A stretch of DNA of 64,000 nt from Candidatus Omnitrophota bacterium (GTDB lineage: Bacteria > Omnitrophota > Omnitrophia > Omnitrophales > Aquincolibacteriaceae). Within the stretch, counting starts at the first letter, position 1; every line of letters starts with the position of its first letter. The stretch is from assembly GCA_030698625.1 (NCBI GenBank), contig JAUYMS010000027.1, forward strand, positions 39,781 to 103,780, given 5' to 3'. The position numbers were made by a program, and so were the translations under genes. The notes beneath the pieces are model-generated. The model saw only the letters and a list, made by a program, of their open reading frames with translations, ran no database searches and had not been told where the DNA came from. This document shows, piece after piece, positions 37,071 to 46,214 of the stretch.

Positions 37071-38326
37071 TGGACAGTTTCCTCCACAAATGGATTTAAC
37101 GGGTCTATTTTATCAGAAAAGAAGTGCTTTTTAACCCTAAACAACGCTTTAATAACATATTCAATATCCCGGTCTTGATGCGCTGCACTTACCGTAAGTC
37201 TAAGTCTGGCCTTGCCTTTCGGCACTGTCGGATAGCGCACAGCCGGTACAAGAATCCCCTCTCGAAGCAGGGCCTCAGCCAACGCTAAGGCCGATTCCTC
37301 TCCTCCGACGACGATTGGGATGATCGGGGAGCTTGCCGGCGCAAGGGAATATCCCGCCTTCTTCAGCCCCGCATGAACCTTGTGAATGTTCTTCCAGAGC
37401 CTCATGCGAATTTCCGGTTCCTGGTCTACAAGCTCCAATGCTCGAGAAGCTGCAGCACACAATAACGGCGGCAATGAGGTATCGAAGATGAACGGCCGAG
37501 AGAAGTTGATGAGATAATCGATCATGGCTGCTGAACCCGCGGCAAATCCACCCAGACAACCGATAGATTTAGAAAGAGTTCCCATGGTGACATCAATGCG
37601 GGATGTCAGATTACTGTCTTCAGCGGCTCCCCGTCCTCGTGATCCAAGCACCCCAATGCCGTGAGCATCATCAATCACCAGAAGACCGTCATGTTTGCCT
37701 TTGAGGCGAACCAATTCCTCCAAATCAGCAACATCCCCATCCATGCTAAAAACGCTGTCGGAAACAAGGATCGTCCGCGCCCCTTTATTGCGCTGGAGGA
37801 TTTCGTCGCAGCGGCGATAATTCTTGTGCGGAAAAACTCGCACCGTCGCTTGTGACAGCCTCGCGGCATCAATGGCTGAAGCGTGGCACAATTTATCCAT
37901 GACGATGACGTCGCCCTTACCCGCTAGCGCCGTCAAGATTCCCAGATTCGCTAAATAGCCCGAAGAATAAAGCAGTGCTGCGGCCGTGCCTTTGAAACGA
38001 GCTATTTCCTCCTCCAAACGCGCGTGCCAGTCGGTCGATCCGGAAATTAGGCGCGCGGCGCCTGAGCCGACACCATGCGTTTGGGCGGTTGTGACGGCCG
38101 CGTCAATAACGCGCGGATCGCGAGACAAGCCGAGATAATCGTTACCGCAAAATAAGAGAACCTCGCGGCCCTCAAATACGGCACGAACGCCGTCGATTTT
38201 CTTTAGCGTTTTTAAACGCCGGTAGAGGTGAGTGTCTTTCAGTTCAGAAATTTCTTTTTCCAAGAAAGTGTTCATTGCTATTGGCCTAAACCTTTTGCAG
38301 CACGACGGCCGCAACATGTCCCCCAA
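37067..38326 (-). CDS. bioF: 8-amino-7-oxononanoate synthase
   Basis: Class II aminotransferase / alpha-oxoamine synthase with PLP-Lys in GTLSKS; located in the bio cluster. Confidence 0.8.
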   Translation of the reverse strand: MGDMLRPSCCKRFRPIAMNTFLEKEISELKDTHLYRRLKTLKKIDGVRAVFEGREVLLFCGNDYLGLSRDPRVIDAAVTTAQTHGVGSGAARLISGSTDWHARLEEEIARFKGTAAALLYSSGYLANLGILTALAGKGDVIVMDKLCHASAIDAARLSQATVRVFPHKNYRRCDEILQRNKGARTILVSDSVFSMDGDVADLEELVRLKGKHDGLLVIDDAHGIGVLGSRGRGAAEDSNLTSRIDVTMGTLSKSIGCLGGFAAGSAAMIDYLINFSRPFIFDTSLPPLLCAAASRALELVDQEPEIRMRLWKNIHKVHAGLKKAGYSLAPASSPIIPIVVGGEESALALAEALLREGILVPAVRYPTVPKGKARLRLTVSAAHQDRDIEYVIKALFRVKKHFFSDKIDPLNPFVEETVQ

Positions 38327-39494
38327 ATCCCATGGAATAAGAAAGTACCGTATTCACTTCGGCTGCTCGCGCCGACCCGCCCGTGTAATCAAGATCGCAT
38401 TCGGGATCCGCTTTTTCGAGACCCACGGTTTGCGGAATAAAACCCTCTTCCATGGCCAGAAGCGACGCGACTATTTCCACTGCCCCGGATGCACCTAGCA
38501 TATGCCCAGTCATTGCTTTTATCGAGCTCATCGGAATCTCATACGCCTTTGCCCCGAACGCGTCCTTGAGTTGATTCGTTTCATAGACATCGCCCGCCCG
38601 GGTTGCTGTACCATGCAAACTGATATAATCCACGTCATCCCTTTTGAGTTCGGCCGTTCCCAGTGCCCGTTGAATTGTCCGGGATAAAGTCTTCCCCTTG
38701 GGATCAAACTTCACGGGATGATGCGAATCCGACCCGTAAGCCGACGCCAAGAGTTCACCATAGATCGTCGCTTTTCTCGCACGCGCCGTCTCAGGCGTTT
38801 CTAAAAAGACAATTCCTGCGCCTTCTCCGACCATAAAACCGTCCCGCTGCCTGTCGAAAGGACGCATGCGCTCTTTGGCCAAAGCACCCATCTTGTAATA
38901 ACCGGCAAGCATAAGAGGGACAATGGAGGCGTCACTTGCCCCCGCAATACAATAATCAACAACTCCACTAGCCACCATCCGTGCCCCCTCAATGACGCTG
39001 ATCGTTCCGGTCGCACACGCTCCCACGTAGCACTTCGCGGGGCCTTTGATCTTCCACCGCCGCGCGATCCATTGCGCCCCGAAGTTTGGCACCGAGTTCG
39101 TGTAAACACGCGCACCTAAAATTGCGCTCGGATTCCTCTGGAGTCTTTCTTTGAAGCGATCGATTGTCGATACGCCTCCCTTGCTCGAACTTACGGAGAT
39201 ACCAATTCGAAACGCGTCTACCTGGTCAGAATCAAAATAGGCATTCCTCATGGCCTCGCTCGCCGCCGCGACGGCATACTGGATAAAGGGATCCAGGACG
39301 TACGTGCCGTGCTCACGGGCATCAAAGTTCTTAACCTCAAAGGCGGTCTTGACCGGGAAAGAACCGGCATCAAATCTCGTGATAGGGGCGGCTCCGCAGA
39401 CGCCGTTACGCAGGGATTCGCGAAAAGCGGTAACGCCTACCCCTATGGGAGAAACCACGCCCATTCCGGAAATAACCACACGACGATTCATCAT
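38286..39494 (-). CDS. Beta-ketoacyl-ACP synthase (KAS I/II-type)
   Basis: Cys-His-His triad context: GACATG (active Cys), HGTAT, GHMLGASG; 402 aa. Confidence 0.8.
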   Translation of the reverse strand: MMNRRVVISGMGVVSPIGVGVTAFRESLRNGVCGAAPITRFDAGSFPVKTAFEVKNFDAREHGTYVLDPFIQYAVAAASEAMRNAYFDSDQVDAFRIGISVSSSKGGVSTIDRFKERLQRNPSAILGARVYTNSVPNFGAQWIARRWKIKGPAKCYVGACATGTISVIEGARMVASGVVDYCIAGASDASIVPLMLAGYYKMGALAKERMRPFDRQRDGFMVGEGAGIVFLETPETARARKATIYGELLASAYGSDSHHPVKFDPKGKTLSRTIQRALGTAELKRDDVDYISLHGTATRAGDVYETNQLKDAFGAKAYEIPMSSIKAMTGHMLGASGAVEIVASLLAMEEGFIPQTVGLEKADPECDLDYTGGSARAAEVNTVLSYSMGFGGHVAAVVLQKV

Positions 39495-40222
39495 GAAATT
39501 TTTCTTGCCTCAAAGTGGAAAAGCTGGCCGGTGACTTGTTTCATTTGATCCGAACAGAGATAGATAAGAAAATCGGCAACTTCTTCGGGATCCGAATACT
39601 CACCAAGCGGACTTGCGGCCAGATTTTGATCGATAACCGCCTGAGACATTCCTTCGGTCATTTTCGATTTCATAAACCCCGGATTCAGCGCATTCACCAA
39701 AACCCTCCTCCTTCCGATTTCGGAGGCCAGGGACCTCGTAAGCGCAATGAGACCCGCTTTAGCCGCTGCATAATTTGAGGTTCCGTAACCTCCCGTCAAC
39801 GCAACGCGGCTCGTTATCATCCAAACTTTGCTGCCAGGCTTCTTTAAAAGCAGCCTGAGCAGCTTCTTTGTCAGGTAGTACGGCGCTTTCAGATCGACGT
39901 TGAGGACGATATCCCAATCTTCGTCACTCATATCACGTATGAGATTATCCCGTACCGCCGCCGCATTATGAATGAGAACATCAATCGACTTGATGTCTCC
40001 TTTTACGTCCCTCACGAATGCGTCTATCGACATAATAGCGCCGAGATCCACCTCAAAACCCTTGGCTCCCGCTTCGATGAGTTGGTCGGCTTTATGCTTA
40101 TTGCTAAAGTAAGTAAAGTAGACAACGGCGTTTTCATGAAGGGCTTTGCGCACAAAAGCTTCGCCGAGTCGCGAAGTGCCGCCGGTAATGAGGATAATTT
40201 TCCCGCTGAGGACCTTTTCCAA
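39491..40222 (-). CDS. SDR-family 3-oxoacyl-ACP reductase (FabG-like)
   Basis: ITGGTSRLG NAD(P)-binding motif and YxxxK (YAAAKAG); 243 aa. Confidence 0.75.
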   Translation of the reverse strand: MEKVLSGKIILITGGTSRLGEAFVRKALHENAVVYFTYFSNKHKADQLIEAGAKGFEVDLGAIMSIDAFVRDVKGDIKSIDVLIHNAAAVRDNLIRDMSDEDWDIVLNVDLKAPYYLTKKLLRLLLKKPGSKVWMITSRVALTGGYGTSNYAAAKAGLIALTRSLASEIGRRRVLVNALNPGFMKSKMTEGMSQAVIDQNLAASPLGEYSDPEEVADFLIYLCSDQMKQVTGQLFHFEARKIS

Positions 40223-40225
40223 GAT

Positions 40226-41251
40226 TTAAGGGGTAGGACTGACCGTCGTCGGTTCTTTCTGCTCTTTGGCAGCTTTCGGCCGGAAACCCGCCCGCCTTAA
40301 CATTTCCATATCCTGCTGCATGGGGTTTCCCTGTGTTGTCAAATATCCCCCCACGATCATTCCATTGGCTCCGCCCCGAAGCGCCATCTCCTGATAATGA
40401 GCTCCCAGATTTGATTCCCTTCCTCCTGCCAGCTTAATATTCGCCTTCGGGTGGACGAAGCGAAAAACCGCCAAAGTCTTTACCATTTCAAGCGGATCCG
40501 GTGCCGGCTGAGCTTCTAGCGGAGTCCCCGGTCGCGGATTGAGAATATTCATCGGTAGACAATGTGGGGCAAAAGGTTTTAATTCGAAAGCGAGTTTGAC
40601 CCTGTCTTCACGGGTCTCGCCCATTCCGAGAATGCCGCCGGAACATATTTCGACATTCCCGTCTTGTAACATCCGCAGGGTCTCCAAGCGTTTGTCATAA
40701 TTATGCGTCGTTACGATGTTGGGATAAAATTCGCGGGAGCTTTGCAGATTGTCATTAAAGCGTCTGAGACCCGCCTCTTTAAGGCGATTGACCCGTTGCG
40801 GCGTCAAAAAACCGAGAGACCCGTCCAAGCTGAGCGAGGTCTCTTCCCCAAGTCGCCGGTACATTTCGAGCACCCTTTCAAACTCCTGATCATTGAGCTC
40901 CCCGCCGCTCGTCACAATACAAAAGTTCTGCGTACCCTTTTTTTCAAAGTCCTTGGCAGCTTGCACCACCTCTTCGACCGGCATGAGTCCGTAGCGATCG
41001 GCTGTAGTGTCGAAACGAACCGACTGCGAACAGAAAGAGCAATCTTCGCCGCACATATAACTTTTCGCGTTAATAAGCGAGCAGAGGCCCGGTTCGTCTG
41101 AGTTGAAGTGATGAGTAATTTCTCGAGCGGCAGCGAGGAGAAGATCCAGGTCTTCACGATCTTCGATCTCTATCAACCGCACGGCCTCATCAAAACTAAC
41201 TTCGCCGCCCTCAAGCACACGGAATTTTAATGCCTGAATAAAGTCTTCCAT
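40226..41251 (-). CDS. bioB: Biotin synthase
   Basis: Radical-SAM CGEDCSFCSQ motif, BioB-like C-terminal region, conserved YNHN-like region (THNYDK). Confidence 0.9.
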   Translation of the reverse strand: MEDFIQALKFRVLEGGEVSFDEAVRLIEIEDREDLDLLLAAAREITHHFNSDEPGLCSLINAKSYMCGEDCSFCSQSVRFDTTADRYGLMPVEEVVQAAKDFEKKGTQNFCIVTSGGELNDQEFERVLEMYRRLGEETSLSLDGSLGFLTPQRVNRLKEAGLRRFNDNLQSSREFYPNIVTTHNYDKRLETLRMLQDGNVEICSGGILGMGETREDRVKLAFELKPFAPHCLPMNILNPRPGTPLEAQPAPDPLEMVKTLAVFRFVHPKANIKLAGGRESNLGAHYQEMALRGGANGMIVGGYLTTQGNPMQQDMEMLRRAGFRPKAAKEQKEPTTVSPTP

Positions 41252-41273
41252 TTAGAAAGCGCCTTCCTGTATT

Positions 41274-41525
41274 TTAGCCTTCGACGATATCTCCCAGAAC
41301 GGATTCTACTTTAACACCTTTTGCCTTCATTTCCTTCTCCGCCTGTTCGATATGTTCCTCGTTACCCTCGAGTTCGATCGTTGCTTCCCCGGCCTCCGCG
41401 GTAATCTTGGCCCGGCGGACATTCAACACTAGGTTCAGATCGCGGGCGATCAGAAACATAATCGGCTCCTTGATAAGATTCTGAGGAAAGTAAAGTTGAA
41501 AAGCTCTTTTAGCCACTGTGATCAC
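41274..41525 (-). CDS. NIL-domain-like small protein
   Basis: 83 aa. Resembles the MetN C-terminal NIL domain found as a standalone module in sulfur-metabolism contexts; 4-bp overlap with the ThiS-like gene. Confidence 0.4.
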   Translation of the reverse strand: MITVAKRAFQLYFPQNLIKEPIMFLIARDLNLVLNVRRAKITAEAGEATIELEGNEEHIEQAEKEMKAKGVKVESVLGDIVEG

Positions 41526-41797
41526 CCTCCGGCGATGGCCGGGATTATGGAAACCTGATCGCCGTCTTTGACCGCGGTCTCTTCCTGGCTTAAGAAACGG
41601 ATGTCTTCCTCGTTGAGGTAGACGTTTACGAAGCGGCGAACCTTACCTGTTTCATCGCACAGGCGATCTTTCATTCCCGGAAAACTCTTCTCGAGTTCTA
41701 CGATGAGCTCCTTGATATTGCCCGCGATGACCTCAACTTCATCCTTGTTCGATGTTAATTTCTGAAGCGGTGTTGGAATTCTAACCTTAACCGGCAT
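41522..41797 (-). CDS. ThiS/MoaD/CysO-family sulfur-carrier protein
   Basis: 91 aa, beta-grasp-sized, ends in ...IPAIAGG (C-terminal Gly-Gly). Confidence 0.65.
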   Translation of the reverse strand: MPVKVRIPTPLQKLTSNKDEVEVIAGNIKELIVELEKSFPGMKDRLCDETGKVRRFVNVYLNEEDIRFLSQEETAVKDGDQVSIIPAIAGG

Positions 41798-41839
41798 GGT
41801 AACTCCTTTTTTGTCGTTTATTATTTGACCGCACTCCCC

Positions 41840-43084
41840 TTACAGCTTGCAGCCTGCCTTCAATACTTCTGCTTCGAAAGAGGAAAGCGACGGGGCTATG
41901 TGGATGGGCTTCCCGACGGCCTCCCGAATCGCCTCCTGAGTCTTCATTCCGTTTCCCGTAATAGCAAGGACGATGGATTCGTCAGACGGAATCTTCCCTT
42001 CATCGATAAGTTTCTTGGCGACGGCAACCGTAACCCCTCCGGCCGTCTCCGTAAATATGCCCTCAGTGCGAGCCAGCAGCTTGATCCCTTCACGAATCTC
42101 ATCGTCTGAGACGATTCCGGCAGTTCCGCCGCTCTGCTTTAAAACATCGATGGCGTAGTAACCATCCGCCGGATTCCCGATCGCCAGAGACTTGGCAATC
42201 GTGGAAGGCTTTACGGGCTTGATGGCATCATGATTCCCCAAAAACGCTGTGGCAATCGGAGAACACCCTTCGGCCTGTGCCAGGTGAACCTTTGTCCTGA
42301 GTTCTCCCTCCAAAAGCCCTAGTTTGTCGAATTCCTTGAGGGACTTCCAGATTTTCGTGACAAGCGAGCCGCTGGCAGCGGGGGCAACAATATGCGCCGG
42401 CGCCTTCCAGCCGAGCTGTTCGGCAATCTCAAAACCCAATGTCTTGGAGCCTTCCGCGTAATAGGCTCTTATATTGATATTCACAAAGCCCCAGCGATAT
42501 TTTGCCGCGATCTCTGCGCACAAGCGATTCACATCGTCATAGTTTCCGTCGACGGCGATAAGGTTTGGCGAGTACACAAGTGTTCCGACGATTTTAGCAA
42601 TTTCCAGATTCGCGGGAATAAAGATAAACCGCTTGAAGCCCGCCCACGCGGCGTGCGCCGCGACGGCGTTGGCAAGGTTTCCAGTGGACGCGCAAGCAAC
42701 GGTGTCAAACTTCAGTTCCCGTGCCCGCGACAACGCAACTGCGACAACACGATCCTTAAACGAACACGTGGGGTGACAAACAGAATCATCCTTCACGTAG
42801 AGTTCTTTAACGCCGAGTTCTTTGCCGAGAATGTCCGCCTTTACGAGCGGCGTAAATCCGGAGTAGTAACCCGCAGCCGGTTCGCCGTCTATCGGCAGAA
42901 GATCTCGGTAACGCCAGAGGCTTTTCGGGCCGGCCTCAATTGTCTTGCGGGTTACCTTTTTGGCAAGGGCTTTATAGTCGTAGCTGACTTCGAGGGAACC
43001 GAAACAGTACTCGCAGACGTAGAGCGCCTCTTTCGGATACTCTCTATCACATTCACGGCATTTTAAACCTAGCATGTAGGACAT
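41840..43084 (-). CDS. thrC: Threonine synthase (or ThrC-family PLP enzyme)
   Basis: N-terminal zinc-ribbon-like CRECDREY...CEYC, PLP-Lys region (CHPTCSFKDR), fold type II PLP enzyme; 414 aa. Confidence 0.75.
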   Translation of the reverse strand: MSYMLGLKCRECDREYPKEALYVCEYCFGSLEVSYDYKALAKKVTRKTIEAGPKSLWRYRDLLPIDGEPAAGYYSGFTPLVKADILGKELGVKELYVKDDSVCHPTCSFKDRVVAVALSRARELKFDTVACASTGNLANAVAAHAAWAGFKRFIFIPANLEIAKIVGTLVYSPNLIAVDGNYDDVNRLCAEIAAKYRWGFVNINIRAYYAEGSKTLGFEIAEQLGWKAPAHIVAPAASGSLVTKIWKSLKEFDKLGLLEGELRTKVHLAQAEGCSPIATAFLGNHDAIKPVKPSTIAKSLAIGNPADGYYAIDVLKQSGGTAGIVSDDEIREGIKLLARTEGIFTETAGGVTVAVAKKLIDEGKIPSDESIVLAITGNGMKTQEAIREAVGKPIHIAPSLSSFEAEVLKAGCKL

Positions 43085-43095
43085 AATTTTCCGGC

Positions 43096-44061
43096 CTAAG
43101 TCTTAAATTTATCGTCCATGCTGAGGTAGCGCTCCCCCGTGTCACAGATGATCGCCACAACGTTTTTGCCCGGCCCGAGCCGCTTAGCGACTTGCACCGC
43201 TGCGTGAAAAATAGCCCCCGTCGAAATACCGCTGAGAATCCCCTCACGCTTTGCCAAATCGAGCATGACATTCCAGGCATCCTGATCTTCGACCTGAATC
43301 ACCTCATCGACGATGGATTGATTCATGACTTCCGGCACAAAACCGGCACCGATGCCCTGAATCTTGTGCTTGCCGGGACTTCCTCCGGAAAGGACCGGCG
43401 ACGATGCCGGTTCCACGGCAATAATTTTGATTTGCGGGTTTCTTTTTTTAAAAACCTCGCCGCATCCGGTAATGGTACCCCCCGTACCCACCCCCGAAAC
43501 GAAGGCGTCAATTTTTCCATCAAGCGCCGTCCAGATTTCTTCAGCCGTTGTCTCGCGGTGAATTTTTGGATTGGCAGGGTTTGAAAACTGCTGTGGGGTA
43601 AAGGTGTTGTCTTCTTTTGCCGCCAGCTCTTCGGCCTTCGCCATAGCGCCCTTCATCCCCTCGGCACCAGGAGTCAAAACGAGGCCGGCACCAAAACGTT
43701 CCAACACGCGCCGCCTTTCAACACTCATGGTATCGGGCATCGTTAGTGTCAGACGATAGCCCTTTACGGCGCAAACCAAGGCGAGACCGATCCCCGTGTT
43801 ACCCGAAGTTGGTTCGATGATATGGGTGTCTTTGTTAACCAGACCCTTTTCCTCGGCATCCAGGATCATGCTGAGACAGATCCGATCCTTGACGCTGTAG
43901 CCCGGAGTAAAAGCCTCTAACTTCCCATAGAGCGTCGCGCTTTCGGGTTTCGTTAGTTTGTTAATCTTAATAAGCGGCGTATTGTAGATTAAATCCAGCG
44001 CCGTCTCTGCAATTAACGGCTTTGTTCCGATTTTTGTGGGGGTAGTCGTCATAGCGGTCAC
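43096..44061 (-). CDS. cysK: Cysteine synthase A (O-acetylserine sulfhydrylase)
   Basis: PLP-Lys SVKDR, TSGNTGIGLA and GTGGT loops; 321 aa. Confidence 0.85.
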   Translation of the reverse strand: MTAMTTTPTKIGTKPLIAETALDLIYNTPLIKINKLTKPESATLYGKLEAFTPGYSVKDRICLSMILDAEEKGLVNKDTHIIEPTSGNTGIGLALVCAVKGYRLTLTMPDTMSVERRRVLERFGAGLVLTPGAEGMKGAMAKAEELAAKEDNTFTPQQFSNPANPKIHRETTAEEIWTALDGKIDAFVSGVGTGGTITGCGEVFKKRNPQIKIIAVEPASSPVLSGGSPGKHKIQGIGAGFVPEVMNQSIVDEVIQVEDQDAWNVMLDLAKREGILSGISTGAIFHAAVQVAKRLGPGKNVVAIICDTGERYLSMDDKFKT

Positions 44062-44070
44062 CTTCCTTGA

Positions 44071-44829
44071 TTAAATTCCGTCCGCCACATGTTGCGGCGG
44101 CTCTTTGTCTTTTTCTTCCTTTTCTTTAACTTCCTTGAATGTATGAATGCCGCATTCCGTCTTTGTCTTGCCCGCCCAGCGGCCCGCGCGTTCGTCGTCG
44201 CCCGGTTGTGCCGCACGCGTGCAGGGCCAGCAACCGATGCTCAGATAGCCGCGCTCGTAAAGCGGGTGCTGCGGGATGTTGTGCTCGTTTAGATACCACC
44301 AGGCATCACGCGAGGTAAAGTTGGCCAGTGGGCTGATCTTGTAAATTTCGCCCTCATATTCTTCCACAAAGCGAATAGATTTCCGATAATCGGTCTGATG
44401 ACGGCGAATTCCGCTCATCCAAGCCTCATAACCTTTAATGGCTTCGTCCAGAGGCTCGACCTTGTTGATTTGGCAGCACAGATCGGGGTCCCTATCGTAG
44501 GGAACTCCTTCATGTTTGGCCACGATCTCCGCCTTACGTGCCGAGTCGGCTCGCAGGTCGATCACATTCTTTAGACCAAAGAGACCCGCTAGCTTGTCGC
44601 GATAAGCGAGCGTTTCCGGAAAATGGTAACCCGTTTCCAGAAAAAGCACCGGCACCGTCTTATCCGCTCGGCTCAACATGTGTAAAAGGACACCGCTCTC
44701 GGGACCAAAAGACGAGGTTATCGCGATACGACCGGCGAATTCCTTCGCCGCCCAGTCTACAATCTCCTGCTGAGTTTTATTTTCGAACTCCCTATTGAGT
44801 TTTTCCAGCGCCAGTTTGTGTGTCAACAC
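44071..44829 (-). CDS. cysH: Assimilatory APS/PAPS reductase (Fe-S type)
   Basis: PAPS_reduct fold (SSFGPESGVLLHML) plus Cys pairs CC...KVEPL and SIGCWPCT, typical of [4Fe-4S] APS reductases, and ECGIH. Confidence 0.8.
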   Translation of the reverse strand: MLTHKLALEKLNREFENKTQQEIVDWAAKEFAGRIAITSSFGPESGVLLHMLSRADKTVPVLFLETGYHFPETLAYRDKLAGLFGLKNVIDLRADSARKAEIVAKHEGVPYDRDPDLCCQINKVEPLDEAIKGYEAWMSGIRRHQTDYRKSIRFVEEYEGEIYKISPLANFTSRDAWWYLNEHNIPQHPLYERGYLSIGCWPCTRAAQPGDDERAGRWAGKTKTECGIHTFKEVKEKEEKDKEPPQHVADGI

Positions 44830-45431
44830 GGGGTTCCTCTGCCTGCCTTACTGCCATTGAAGGCAATATAACCGAGCTCATTGAGACGTCTGATAACTTT
44901 CTCAGCGGATTGTTCTGCGGATTCATCTTCCGTGTCACAAATCACCTCAGCATTTAACGGCTCTTCGTACGGGTCATTGACGCCGGTAAATTCTTGAATT
45001 TCGCCGGCTTTGGCCTTCTTGTAGAGGCCTTTAACGTCACGTTTTTCGCACTCCTCAATAGAAGCACGCACAAACACCTCTACGAAGTTCCCGATCAATC
45101 TGCGGTTGTAGTCGCGAGCTTCGCGATAAGGAGAGATAACGGAAGCAATAGCGATAACGCCATTGCGGCTCAAAAGCTGGCAGATAAAACCAACCCGTTT
45201 GATATTCGTACCCCGATCTTCCCGCGAAAATCCCAGCCCCTTACTCAGATTAGTTCGGATAACATCTCCGTCAAGCAGTTCTACCTTGAGACTCCACTTG
45301 CGAAATTGGCGTTCGACAATGCGTGCGATCGTTGATTTCCCAGAACTCGGAAGTCCCGTAAACCAAACCGTAACTCCTTTCACAGAAACAACATCTGTCT
45401 GATCCCGCACTGATCCACTCATGAGACACAA
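44823..45431 (-). CDS. cysC: Adenylylsulfate kinase
   Basis: P-loop GLPSSGKST and APS-kinase core. Confidence 0.85.
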   Translation of the reverse strand: MCLMSGSVRDQTDVVSVKGVTVWFTGLPSSGKSTIARIVERQFRKWSLKVELLDGDVIRTNLSKGLGFSREDRGTNIKRVGFICQLLSRNGVIAIASVISPYREARDYNRRLIGNFVEVFVRASIEECEKRDVKGLYKKAKAGEIQEFTGVNDPYEEPLNAEVICDTEDESAEQSAEKVIRRLNELGYIAFNGSKAGRGTPC

Positions 45432-45585
45432 CTCCCTTTTCGACGTCCTATCCCTATATAAAATAAAAACTTAGATAATGATGCTTCGCTGCGAAGCGTG
45501 GATAGAAAAAGAGAAATTACTATACACCGAAAGCTAGGGGGTGTCAACGGTTCCGGATTGCGGTAACTCTTTTAGATGAAAGAGG

Positions 45586-45759
45586 TTAGGCTGTTCTCGG
45601 ACGCCTTGCGAGGAAATACCCCAAGTAAAAAACAGCCAGCGACGCTACGAATAGGGTGATGGCACCCCGCTCATCGCGCTCAAAATGGCCCACCCAGATG
45701 GCCGAGGGCATCACAAGCAGCCCGATGCCCTGAAAGATACGGCCGGCCCTGTGAATCAT
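45586..45759 (-). CDS. Small hydrophobic protein (57 aa), translationally coupled to the PNPOx-like gene
   Basis: ATG overlaps the upstream TGA as ATGA. Predicted protein MIHRAGRIFQGIGLLVMPSAIWVGHFERDERGAITLFVASLAVFYLGYFLARRPRTA has two hydrophobic segments. Confidence 0.3.
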   Translation of the reverse strand: MIHRAGRIFQGIGLLVMPSAIWVGHFERDERGAITLFVASLAVFYLGYFLARRPRTA

Positions 45760-46214
45760 TTCAGGACTTCGGCTTTGCCGAAACCACCATACCAGTGAAT
45801 TTCGCGCAACGGCATACTATAAAAATGGAAATCCGCTAGGCCGAAGAAAATTTCAGAACGGGGAAAGACTTTCATATACCGCCCCTTTAGAGACTCGTGA
45901 TTTTCACGGCCCAGGACGGCTTCGACAGTCCCGAGCGCCGTCAGTCTTTTTCTTTCATGAATCGAGAGCGACACCTCAGCTTCGACAACCAGGAGGCTCG
46001 CTTCCGGATTTTTCCTAAGGTTACGCGTGTGGCGGGCCAGATCACTCATCAGATAATAGACTTTGCCTAGCCCCTTTTCGCTCTCGCTATCGTCGTAAAG
46101 AAATCCGGTCGCGGAGACATAAGGCCTGTTTTCCTCCATCGTCCCGAGAGCACCGTCAATCGCTTTAGCAAGCAGCGTCTTGGCTTCCTGGAATGCCGGC
46201 AGAGTTTCGGTCAT
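45756..46214 (-). CDS. Pyridoxamine 5'-phosphate oxidase-family FMN-binding protein
   Basis: PNPOx-like split-barrel signature LLAKAIDGALGTMEENRPYVSATGFLYD; 152 aa. Confidence 0.6.
   Translation of the reverse strand: MTETLPAFQEAKTLLAKAIDGALGTMEENRPYVSATGFLYDDSESEKGLGKVYYLMSDLARHTRNLRKNPEASLLVVEAEVSLSIHERKRLTALGTVEAVLGRENHESLKGRYMKVFPRSEIFFGLADFHFYSMPLREIHWYGGFGKAEVLK

Noticed and set aside
45460-45540. Small hairpin GCTTCG-CTG-CGAAGC in the cysC upstream region, considered as a terminator or riboswitch element
   Set aside because: The stem is only 6 bp, and on the minus strand the T-run starts about 12 nt after the stem. No riboswitch-like conserved core is recognisable.
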